Shown here: piece by piece, positions 35,501-44,338 of the stretch | Position numbering within the stretch: the stretch's first letter is position 1 | How the letters are laid out: each line of letters opens with the position of its first letter | Assembly (NCBI GenBank): GCA_964019335.1 | Contig: OZ025658.1 | Coordinates: forward strand, 496,001-560,000 | Source of the DNA: Diplonema japonicum | Taxonomy: Eukaryota; Protista; Euglenozoa: Diplonemea | Reading direction: 5' to 3' | DNA: 64,000 nucleotides | The notes under the pieces: generated by a model | What the model saw: the letters and a program-made list of their open reading frames with translations, nothing else | What the model was told of the DNA's origin: nothing | Database searches by the model: none | Made by a program: the position numbers and the translations under genes

Positions 35501-36594
35501 CGTCAAATCTGGCGTTCTTTCCGTCGAAAGCACCTGGGTATCAAGTAGTTATTGGATGGGTGATGCTTGCGGTCTGTGTTGCGGTCCCTATCTTAATGTG
35601 GGTTCTGCTGCTGTCTCCCAGTCGGTTCATGGCGGTTGCAGTGCCAGACCCACGGCTGGACCAAGAGGTCGCACACGCCGTTGCGAAGTTTTCGGAAAGC
35701 CCTGCAGAGGAGCAGTTGGAAGGTACCAAGCGCTGGTTGTACATCTTCACCTTTGGTAAAGAACTGTGGGTGAGGAAGGAAGGCGGGCACGACTACTTCG
35801 TGGAAAGCTACGGGCTGTTCTTCGAACAGTACAGAGGAAGGTTCCACTGGTTCTCAATAGTTGAGATGGTGCAGATAGTCCTCATCTGTTTGGCATCGAC
35901 ATGGAAGTCGACGGGATGGGAGTGCCACCTGAGGAACATCCTCTTGTCGATCGTTCTTTTTGTGTTCCTGCTGCTGCTTCTCCTGCTCCGCCCGTACAAT
36001 GCAGCCCTTGACAACATTGTAGCCTGTGTGATGGCGGGCATGATGTTCCTCGCAGTGCTGTTCATGACTATCGCGATTCTGGTAGAGGGGTCCAAGGACA
36101 TGATGGACGCAGCTGCGTCTTTACTGCTCGTTTCAGCGATTCTGCTGATGGTGAAGGGGGGATACGATATTGTGATGTACCTACTAGACATCAAAATGGG
36201 ACGAAGGAAAAGGGCTCAAATGGCAGCCAGAGCAGGGGACATCTTGAAGTGCAAAAATCTAGAGTACGAAGCCCTGCCAGAGGATCCTGATGACGAAATG
36301 GACAACCTCTGCGACAGCAACACCACCGAGGGCGAGGGTGATGGTGAAGACGACCACCGGAACATCAAAGTCCTAAGCACTGTACGTTCAAGAGGGGGGC
36401 TTGACGTAACACCTTTGCTTACCTTCTTAGATAGAGATGTGGCTGGTGGTGGTGGAGTGTCCCCTGCGGGGCGTGGGGCTGCCCCGTTGAACTCGTCGTT
36501 GGCTTCAAGCGTCAACTCTGCTTACCGACTTCCATCAGGCGGAGCACGTTCCTTGACAAGAAGCACAACGCTTGGACTGAGACAATTGGTCTGA
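32533..36594 (+). CDS. Cell-surface receptor-like protein: signal peptide, LamG-like domain, C-type-lectin-like domain, Pro/Thr mucin stalk, multi-pass TM C-terminus (paralogous to 8298-11993)
   Basis: ATG 32533; EAWVKP...FNGKIHNLRI (LamG-like); C...LQDANC...LPYLC (CTL-like); TM block shares motifs with the first receptor (LF..Y....WF..E, W....C, LLRPY). Confidence 0.85.
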   Translation: MATKNSLLPVVTFFLQAWSVAGLYVAIADTADLTNNYGNGYGGSPLVVVDGNNPVSTGALEHEYDMSGSDCLRSPTLWDPSNRHHYEAWVKPRKQSGRQLIYAWGSSTADLTFGIGLKNNKPCLFHEHGNSKSSVCSSTVLNGEWVYLRFIVSTTEVAIEINGAIDTQGPGVSRPNTPLPDIVNVGCVTNDGTREDYFNGKIHNLRIKANGPTSCSSGLWLRPGSDSDCMAITFPVSGDSMNPCGTGSYPAIEDRSDLMILNAKYPSTTVFIPLTYTGTTIGSVFSAKTKVSPTDTGNWDWKSGLVNYQYSTWLWLTSYPNDKYAMCAVFSPLDGLGLQDANCTDVLPYLCITPNNPMTDAPDTAVPTAVPTVAPDTPAPDTAVPTAVPTVAPDTAVPTAVPTVAPDTAVPTAVPTVAPDTAVPTAVPTVAPDTIVPTAVPTVAPDTAVPTAVPTVAPDTAVPTANPTTAPDTAVPTANPTSAPETVTPTAVPTSAPNTAVPTAVPTVAPDTAEPTANPTTAPDTAVPTANPTSAPETVTPTAVPTSAPDTAIPTANPTIAPATAVPTANPTSAPATAIPTANPTTAPDTVAPTVVPPGFTAVPTAVPTTAPDTAVPTAMPTSAPDTAVPTANPTVAPDTIVPTAVPTVAPDTAVPTSAPDTAAPTAVPTVSPNTAVPTAVPTSAPDTAVPTANPTTAPDTVVPTAVPTSSPETVPPTANPTTAPNTVAPTAVPPGFTAVPTAVPTTAPDTAVPTANPTVAPDTIVPTTAPTSAPDTVAPTAMPTSAPDTTVPTANPTPAPGTTMPTATSTTAPATAIPTSAPDTAAPTAIPAPTVPPPTDSPTSAPATSLNSTEPVGRVVSNQDQISTAASLGTVGSIASGTTNGGKLVVLKGLNCEVEDIDLEGTEKLDWEFHPIGVPISDSNQRYFLGAVFFNSLIVVAVFVVNNLMAAAQVLGCGVARDEARSYVRAPGLVYLPIVILLTGTCISASNLAFFPSKAPGYQVVIGWVMLAVCVAVPILMWVLLLSPSRFMAVAVPDPRLDQEVAHAVAKFSESPAEEQLEGTKRWLYIFTFGKELWVRKEGGHDYFVESYGLFFEQYRGRFHWFSIVEMVQIVLICLASTWKSTGWECHLRNILLSIVLFVFLLLLLLLRPYNAALDNIVACVMAGMMFLAVLFMTIAILVEGSKDMMDAAASLLLVSAILLMVKGGYDIVMYLLDIKMGRRKRAQMAARAGDILKCKNLEYEALPEDPDDEMDNLCDSNTTEGEGDGEDDHRNIKVLSTVRSRGGLDVTPLLTFLDRDVAGGGGVSPAGRGAAPLNSSLASSVNSAYRLPSGGARSLTRSTTLGLRQLV
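33604..35080 (+). repeat. 39-bp coding tandem repeat (13-aa APDTAVPTAVPTV unit and variants)
   Basis: Directly visible in DNA and protein. Confidence 0.95.
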
Positions 36595-39304
36595 AGTGTC
36601 CAATTTTTTTAAAAAAAGAAATGGTCAAAAATATTCCGTATACATCCTTTTATGATTATTGTGTACAACGAGAACAAAAAGAATAAATTAGACCAGTGTA
36701 ATTCTTTTTTTTTTTTGGTTTTTTTTTTTTTTTTTTAAATTCTGTCTCTCAAGGAGGTCGGGAGGACCTTATCCGTTTTTTTTTTTCTTCTCTTGTTCTT
36801 CTTTTTTTTTTGTGTGTACGTTTGATTTTCTTTTTTTTTAAAATCAATTACTGTAAAACAAAAATCTGATGACACTACGGACGAAACTCGTGAATCGCAG
36901 AAGGGAAAAAAAAAAAAAAAAAAAAAAAAAAACTTGGCGGGGAAGAATAAATTGCGAAAAAAAAGAAAAAAAATGGATAAAATTCCCAACACGAAACCTA
37001 ATTTATCCCGAAATGATCAATTTTTTTTTGTTTTACAGTATTCAACTTAACGTATCCCCCCCTCTCCCTTTCCCTCCAAAAAGAAAAACACGAAAATCTT
37101 GCAGGTTCCCTTCATTGGGTTCGATGGGGAGGAATTATTTATCTTTCGTTCTCCACTCTCCATTCTTTTTTTTTCTTCCTGCGAGAAAAAAAAAAAACAA
37201 AAAAAACAGTATTAGCCACTTCTTCGTCTCCTATCACAGTGAATATAATCTCTTCTTTTTTCTGTTCTCCTTTTTTTTTTCTTTTTTTTTCTTTTTTTTT
37301 TTTGCCCCCCTTCGTATGGGAGGGTCTCTGTTTATGAATTCCCTGGTCGGTTTCTGTAAGAAAAAAGAAAAGAAAAAAGAAAGAAAAAAAAGAATAATAA
37401 AAAGCAGTGCATGCCATTTATCCACACATGCTAGGACCGACCCGCCTACAGCGAATTTCTTTTTTAAAATTTCTTTTTCCCACCAGTATGCTAATTCATT
37501 TGAACTATAATATAAAAAAAAAAAAACTGTTTTCTGAGGTTTCTAGATGCTGCAAAGAATAAAATATATATACCTTAGAATAATTAATCCCCCCCTTCTC
37601 TTTTTTTTTTTTCAAAACAAGAACTTGTCATCCTTTTGTGCCGAGCAAATAATTAATTAATTGGGGGTTTCCATTATTTATGATGAGACCCCCGCTGCCG
37701 CTCTGAATAAGCTACATCATGGAGTGCGCCCTGCACACGAAATTTTTTTTCACTCGTCCGTTTACTTTAGCAGCCGGCAAAGTGATGCAAAAGTTTTTTT
37801 TTTCTCCCCTCTTTTCTTGAGGGCTTTTAAAAGCCGCCTTACCTCTTTAACAGTAGTTTAATCTTCCCCCCCACCACCTTCTCCCCTGTGTGAAAAGTCC
37901 CAGAAGGGTCCGTCAAAAAAAAAAAAAAAGAAAAAAAAGAATGAAAACTAAAAAAAGAACGTAAGAACTTATGAAGTTTTTACGAGAAATCTATGGGATG
38001 TCTAATCGGGCTTTTTTTCTTTTTGATTTCACCACCAGAGCAGCCTTTCTTGCCATTATTCCTTTCTCTAGCTAAATAATTGAGATAGAAAAAAACAACA
38101 GAAAAACGAAGCGAGCACCACACCACTCAACACAAACACACTGAATTTCTCTCCTCAAATTGGAAGAAAAAAAAAAGAGAGAGAAAAATGACCATGAAAT
38201 TAGGAACAAAAAAATGAAACTTTTCTTTTTTTCTTCTGGTGGTGGGGATAACATGAAAATATAAGAAAAACATCAGATGTGTTGTTCGCTGTTGACCTCC
38301 TCGTCGGTCATCACCGGTAGCGCCCGAGTGGAAGAACATAATGCAGATGCTCAGGGTGACGAACAGGCAGCAAACTGCACGAGCGCAGAATCTTGGTTAC
38401 CCGGGACGCACCGGCTGGGGTTGAGCTGTACACCGCACGCATTAAGGACACGACGCGGAACGCAGAAGCTACAACTCGGCCGCGGCGCGCCCCCTGTAAT
38501 CAAGTAGACAGTTCTTGTGCAGGGCGCCGCCAACACCGGCCTCCTTTAACTCATATATTTCTTCTTTTTTTTTCAGATGAGGAGCTAAGAAATCCATTTT
38601 CGCGCTCTTTTTTTTTTTACCCTTACAACCCATATGGTTTCCCTTCTTCACTCTCTCTCCTCTCCCCTTTGTAGGGGGGAATCAATTTAGTCTAAGAAAA
38701 GTGCCTACTTTTCTTTGAACAATTTCCAAAAATCTGAAATTGACCCCCCGCCGACAGAATCTGTGCCATTTTTTATTTCATGCCCGCAGTTTTGAGTGTC
38801 ACTCATCTGAAGTTGCCTTTGTTACCCAGAATGCAGTAGCTTTATTTCGGACTTCGTGCTACCCCCCCCCCCCCCCCCCCCCCCACTCCAATACCTTCAC
38901 CTTGGTACTTTGAATCCCCTACCTCTTTCTGTTTTGGTTATTTCTATATGTTTTCTTCTCTCTCTCTCTTTTTTTTTTTTTTTACCCTTGCCCCTCCCTT
39001 GGAGTGTCCATAGCTGTTTCAGAAAGAAATTAAAAAAAAAATTGCAACGACACCCTTTATTTGTCTTCCTCTGTTTCATTAATATGTCAAATCCGTAGGG
39101 GGGGGAGAAAAGGTCCCATTTGGGTGAATACATGTGCGACACATGTACCCCCTCCTGTCCTGGTATAGGTCTTCTTTTTTTTTTCCCCCTTTCCAAGATC
39201 CGCGCTGGCAATACACCTTATTTTCTTTTCTTCCCAAAATATGATTTCTCGTCCTCTCGAATGGTGTTTTCAACTCTTCCACATCTACCACAGGACCCCC
39301 AAAA

Positions 39305-42300
39305 ATGCTCGACGGTGCTGAGGAGTATCTAATCTCAATCAATGCACCGGCAATATTCAACAAGATGGCAGCAGGCCTGCTACAGGACAGGCCTGTTTCA
39401 TGCAAGGGGATCACGAAGAGTATAACCCAGACACTGCACGCAGACAACGATGCGAGGGAACGATTTGTGGCGGTGATAATGAAATGCTTCGAGCAGAAAA
39501 TACAACTACGGTACTACCTGTGCTGGAGACGCGCGGTCGAGGTGAAACCGACAAACATTCAGACCCATCAATGCGGGCCTGCACCGCCCGCCTCCACAAC
39601 ACCTCCAAGGTTCGGGGAAGGCGCCGATGAGCCTTTAACCATGGAAACCGCGTTGAGGAAGCCAACGTTCAGAACGGGTATACCCACAGCACCAAGGAGG
39701 AAATGCAGGAAAACCATCGAAGATCTCCATGTCTGGAAGGACCCAGTATCGCGTTCCTTTTGGGACAAAACAATCGTGGACAACATGTGTCTAGACGGGG
39801 ACTTCCTTGTGGAGAACCATTCCGCTGGTCTACTTGACGAACATGTCAGGTCGTTGCACGCCTACACGCACTCCCAGCTCTGCCACCGTGTGATCTGGGC
39901 TGTGTGGTCGGGTCCGAGATCGTTCTGGCACGCGTTGTCACCCATTGTTGTGGAGAATCTAGACGCAGCGTCTGATTGTGGCCGGAAAAAGAGCTTTGCA
40001 GTCCCTGCCGAGCTGATCGGAGTAGTCCACCACGGTTCCGTGTTCCACCAGACCACTGCGTCTGAGAGCGGTTTGATTTTGTATCAAACACAGGGCGAGT
40101 GCGAGATCATATGTAGATACTCCAACGCTTTGCAAGGCAACCAGGACTACTCGCCTTTTCGAGACACGGTTCTCTGGGTCCCGCGGGGCACCCTCGCGAG
40201 CAATCTCATAAACTCCGATGCCATCCCGTACCCAGGAGTTCTTGAATACATTGCATCGTTGGAGGCAACGGAGGAGACACGCTCGGAGGAAGGGGGGTGG
40301 AGCTGCAGACCGGTTTCAAACCGCGCGCTCAAAGAGTTCCGCGGGAAGTGCCGGCGGGTCAAGAACCAGAAAGCGAGGGACCCTGTTTTGTGGAAGGAAG
40401 TGCTTGAGGTTTTGCGAAACGAAAAAATGGAGTTTTTGAAAGATGTTGTTGTATTTAAAATAAACTCGGACGACATGCAGACTCCGGAGGAGCTGGCTCG
40501 AGTCCTCACGGTGCAAGAACTGCGATGGAGGGGAAAGGACTTTCTCTTGATACTGTCCACCACCTCCGTCTGCACGGTTCAGCCGCACCTTCTATGCGAC
40601 GTGGCAACACGTGAAATCATAGAAATCTACAGGGTTGTATCAACCCTCCCTGAACAGGTCTACTGGAGGTTGAACCAGGCAATGAGGGAGTCACAGTTCG
40701 GACGAAATTTCCCGTCGATCAGCCTCACGCATCCAGCCCCGTCGTGTCCAACCTGTTCCCACGCTATGTCGCTGTCGCAAGCTTCGAAACCGTGCTTGAA
40801 ATGCAGGCAGATAACGCACACCTCAGCAATATGGATTTGCCAAGGATGCCCGAAACCTTTATGTACATCGTGTCGGCCGTCATCTAGTTACCTGGTAAGC
40901 AAGGCATGCGGGGACATGGCTGTCGGGTTCTCGACCGCAGGGTGCCGTGCTACTTACAACGAACCGTTGAAACAATTCGAAATCGATCTGAGCGGGACGG
41001 GGGAAAGATACTCAGTTGAATCATCTGAGATCTGGATGGACCTGCACGGGTGGCTCTTACCGCAGGCTTCCTTGCTGATCCAACTCATCAACAACGCACT
41101 GCAAGCCGTCCCCGACAACGACATGCTGGCGAAGAAGCGAACAACGTACCGAGGGATAAACTGCAAGCTTCCCACGGAGCTCTACCACGCTGGCGGGGTC
41201 GTAATATGGGGACAATACAGTTCCTCATCCGACGATCAAGGCGTGGCGTCTATATTCGCAGGCGGTGCAGGGGACGCAGCAGTCTTCGTCATCCAAGGAA
41301 AATCCTGCAAACTGATCTCACAATGGTCCCGCTTTGCAAGAGAGCGCGAGTGGCTTTACCCTCCGAACTCAATGTTCAAAATAGAAACTGCGCTTGCAGA
41401 AGAAGCCCGGCAGATTCTAGGAAAGGACGACCTGCAGCTCTTCGAAATGAAGGAGATCACCCAACACGAGGCAGAAGAGCTCGCTGTCAGAAAACTCCTT
41501 CCCAAAGCAACAAACCTCGCAGAGGCGAACGTCATATTACAAGCTGCGGAATCTGTCTCTGTTAACGGAAACGGTGTGCTGTCCCTCGACTTGGAAATGG
41601 AAAACCAAGGCGAGGTCACAAACCACTGGGCTCGGACAGTTAAGATCGTGACCGATGCTTTCATGACGTGCCCGGCACTCCCAACAGGGTCGTCCGTCGT
41701 CAAGCTGAACTCCACTGAAGGCCGCGCGGCAAGCGATCTGTTTTCCAACCGTAATGTAAGTTCCGACACAATCCGCGACCTTCTTGGCGGCGACGCCCTC
41801 ACAGGGTATTCAATCATCGTTGAAAAAACCAGCCCGGACTCCGCCACTATAGTACTTACAAGAAAGGCCACGCTTTGCATAGGCGAGCTTGTCACACGGA
41901 ACCCCACAGGCTGGTTGGGCGGCGACTCCGACACCGGTGAAGGCACAACAGGCGTTGTTCGAGAAATAAACGAGCACGGTGTCGGAGTGGAATGGAGTGA
42001 CAAGGTCTTAAAACGAGGCTACGGGTTTGGACAAGGCAACGCTTACAGCGTGCGACCAGCGGATCGAGAGGAACAAGCTTGGGTGGTCAAGATTAACATA
42101 CGAAAGATCAATGGTCGTCCGGGATTCGCTCTCGGGCCAACCGGCGCGCTTATCTTAGAATCCCTCTTGAAACTGAGAATCCGCCTCACAACGATATCCC
42201 TTTCCAACCATGGTCTTGAGGACACTGGTGTGGACGCCTTACTTAGAGGCCTTCACGACAACCCGTACGTCAAAGATGTCCAATTGGGTGTCTCTCCTGG

Positions 42301-43207
42301 GATTTCAGATTCAAAACGAAATCATATTGGGATGCTGTGCATGTCGCGGTCCGACAGAGTTGAGATGCCCTTCATCCTTGGCCTCGGGTCGGACCGTTGC
42401 GGCATTGTCTCAAACTGTCTTTTCAAGGAACAGACGTGGTCCTTCCCCTTCTCCAGCTTTCTGTGGGTCCACGGCGGCATCGGACGGTCCCTCTTCACGA
42501 TGATATGGGAACTCCGGGAAAAACACTTCCCGGACGCTGTGATCCCATGGGGTGCTATGCTTCTTCTATGCTCTTCATCTTGGGAAGGCTCGACTGATGT
42601 CTTTGAGTCATACCTTGAAATGCTGTTGGACAGGGACGCAGATCCTTCGGAGCAGCATTTAGGCAGAACACCGTTGTACTTCCTGTGCGCGAGGCAGGAG
42701 GTGAACAAAGACCTGTTGCGGAGGTTGATAAAGAGATCGCCAGCGACGGTAAACATGCAGCATGAAGCGGAGCTGAAGTATGCAGACGGGAGGACCCCGC
42801 TCCACATGGCAGCGGCGAAAGGGGTGCCTTCCACTGTTGTTATTCTCATGGAACAGGCAGCGGACCCTGCTGTGAGGGAACTGTACTCCAAGCGGACTGC
42901 GCTTGTCGCAGCCGTCAGACGGTGGAATGTGAAGGGGTCAGAGATGGAGGGTGCTGCCATCAAGCTGCTAACAACACAGGAGACTATTCACGCCTCTGAT
43001 CATTCTGGCAAGACGCCCCTTTGCCACGCCGTCAGCAAGGGACTGGTCCACAACGCGGTCCATCTTCTGGAGCATGGGGCGGACCCCACCGTAGTCACTA
43101 AGTTCGGTGAGACTGCTCTTTCGATAGCTCGCTCCAGGCTTCTGCACGACCCATGTTTTCGAGCGCTTAAGGATATCATTGAGGAAGCGCTGGCTGCAAG
43201 GGAATAG
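39305..43207 (+). CDS. Multidomain protein: R-S-E class ADP-ribosyltransferase domain with inserted Zn finger, Mib/Herc2-like domain, LRR-like segment, ankyrin repeats
   Basis: YWRLNQAMR (40661), TYRG (41144-41155), YSSSS (41216-41230), REREWL (E-x-E 41342-41350); GELVTR...W...D.GEG..GVV...V.W (~41880-42060); GRTPLY, GRTPLHMAA and GKTPLCHA ankyrin repeats. Confidence 0.8.
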   Translation: MLDGAEEYLISINAPAIFNKMAAGLLQDRPVSCKGITKSITQTLHADNDARERFVAVIMKCFEQKIQLRYYLCWRRAVEVKPTNIQTHQCGPAPPASTTPPRFGEGADEPLTMETALRKPTFRTGIPTAPRRKCRKTIEDLHVWKDPVSRSFWDKTIVDNMCLDGDFLVENHSAGLLDEHVRSLHAYTHSQLCHRVIWAVWSGPRSFWHALSPIVVENLDAASDCGRKKSFAVPAELIGVVHHGSVFHQTTASESGLILYQTQGECEIICRYSNALQGNQDYSPFRDTVLWVPRGTLASNLINSDAIPYPGVLEYIASLEATEETRSEEGGWSCRPVSNRALKEFRGKCRRVKNQKARDPVLWKEVLEVLRNEKMEFLKDVVVFKINSDDMQTPEELARVLTVQELRWRGKDFLLILSTTSVCTVQPHLLCDVATREIIEIYRVVSTLPEQVYWRLNQAMRESQFGRNFPSISLTHPAPSCPTCSHAMSLSQASKPCLKCRQITHTSAIWICQGCPKPLCTSCRPSSSYLVSKACGDMAVGFSTAGCRATYNEPLKQFEIDLSGTGERYSVESSEIWMDLHGWLLPQASLLIQLINNALQAVPDNDMLAKKRTTYRGINCKLPTELYHAGGVVIWGQYSSSSDDQGVASIFAGGAGDAAVFVIQGKSCKLISQWSRFAREREWLYPPNSMFKIETALAEEARQILGKDDLQLFEMKEITQHEAEELAVRKLLPKATNLAEANVILQAAESVSVNGNGVLSLDLEMENQGEVTNHWARTVKIVTDAFMTCPALPTGSSVVKLNSTEGRAASDLFSNRNVSSDTIRDLLGGDALTGYSIIVEKTSPDSATIVLTRKATLCIGELVTRNPTGWLGGDSDTGEGTTGVVREINEHGVGVEWSDKVLKRGYGFGQGNAYSVRPADREEQAWVVKINIRKINGRPGFALGPTGALILESLLKLRIRLTTISLSNHGLEDTGVDALLRGLHDNPYVKDVQLGVSPGISDSKRNHIGMLCMSRSDRVEMPFILGLGSDRCGIVSNCLFKEQTWSFPFSSFLWVHGGIGRSLFTMIWELREKHFPDAVIPWGAMLLLCSSSWEGSTDVFESYLEMLLDRDADPSEQHLGRTPLYFLCARQEVNKDLLRRLIKRSPATVNMQHEAELKYADGRTPLHMAAAKGVPSTVVILMEQAADPAVRELYSKRTALVAAVRRWNVKGSEMEGAAIKLLTTQETIHASDHSGKTPLCHAVSKGLVHNAVHLLEHGADPTVVTKFGETALSIARSRLLHDPCFRALKDIIEEALAARE

Positions 43208-43651
43208 GAGACATTTAGAAAAAAAAAAGAGAAAAAAAAAACACGAAAACGCTTTTCCTCTCCCCCATAAGTATTCTCCCCCCCTCTCTTGTATTTTAGT
43301 TACTCTCTCTCTTTTTTCTTCTCTGGTTCTTCTACCGATTTTCTGCGATAAAGTTTTTATTTTATTTTTATTTTACGCCCACGTGTCCAGGAGTAGCGTG
43401 GACCCAAGGTTTATTCACTTGAATCAAAGAATCGTTTTTTTTTTTTTTTTTTTTTTTTTCTTTTTTTCTCTCGTTTACACTTTGGTGTCTAGTTCTTGAA
43501 AACCTGACTTTTACAAAAAAAAAAAAAAAAAAAGAAAAAGAAAAAAAAAAAAAAGCCATCTTTCTTGTAAACATCCAAAAAAAAATCACACAGGCTGGGT
43601 TCCCCCATCCCCCCCATTATTTATCTCTATTTCTAAGTGTGAATATGGCCC

Positions 43652-44064
43652 ATGGCCCTTCCGCCTCTCCACCAGAATGGGTGCACCGGGAGAAATGAAA
43701 GCCCAAAAGGTATGGGGGGGGACAAGAGAAAAAAAAAAAAAAAAAAAAAAAAGTGTTGCTAGACGCAGGCCAAAATCCTGATTTCAAAAGTTACGGGTGT
43801 GTATCTTGGGAGCCGGTGCCAGCACCGAGTCCCACGGATACAGGGGACCTGGGGAGCATCTGCACCCCCCAGCAAAAATCAAGGAGCCCGAAAAAAAAAA
43901 AGAAGCCCGAGATTCACATAGTGGATGGGTGGCATCATAAAAGTGGGATTTACGATGAAAACAGCAGCGGGAAGATAGGGGACTGCAAGGCGAAGAAGGA
44001 CAAGGACAAGGACAAGGATAAATCCAAGAAGAGAAGGAACACCAAACAAGATTTAGATGAATAA
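43652..44064 (+). CDS. Candidate small spliced Lys-rich protein (43652-43709, 43769-44064; ~117 aa)
   Basis: ATG 43652; G|GTATGG donor with poly(A) filler and GCAG acceptor, phase 1, joining the 43753-44064 frame. No recognisable homology. Confidence 0.45.
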
Positions 44065-44214
44065 CAGTTACAATGGGGGGGGAGGGGGGGGGGAGAAAAG
44101 AAAGAAAAAAGGGGGGGGGGAAACCACACCACCACCGCACACCATCTTTCTTCAAGTAATGCACTTCCGTGCAACAACAACAATTTCTTTTTTTTTTCTT
44201 TCCTTACCCCTCTG

Positions 44215-44250
<36 letters not shown>

Positions 44251-44338
44251 CGGTTTTTTTCCCCCCTAAATTTAAAAAAAAAAGGTGGGAACGGGAACAG
44301 GGTGGTGTAAACAAAAAAAAAAAATAATAATATTATAA

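Noticed and set aside
36866-36887. Hammerhead-ribozyme-like core CTGATGA...GGACGAAAC
   Set aside because: Stem II cannot pair (CACT versus GGAC), and no stem I/III or cleavage triplet can be built from the flanks.
37662-37710. ATGATGA...CTGA as a second box C/D RNA
   Set aside because: The boxes are only ~16 nt apart, there is no downstream terminal D box or closing stem, and the C-like box is buried in a local hairpin.
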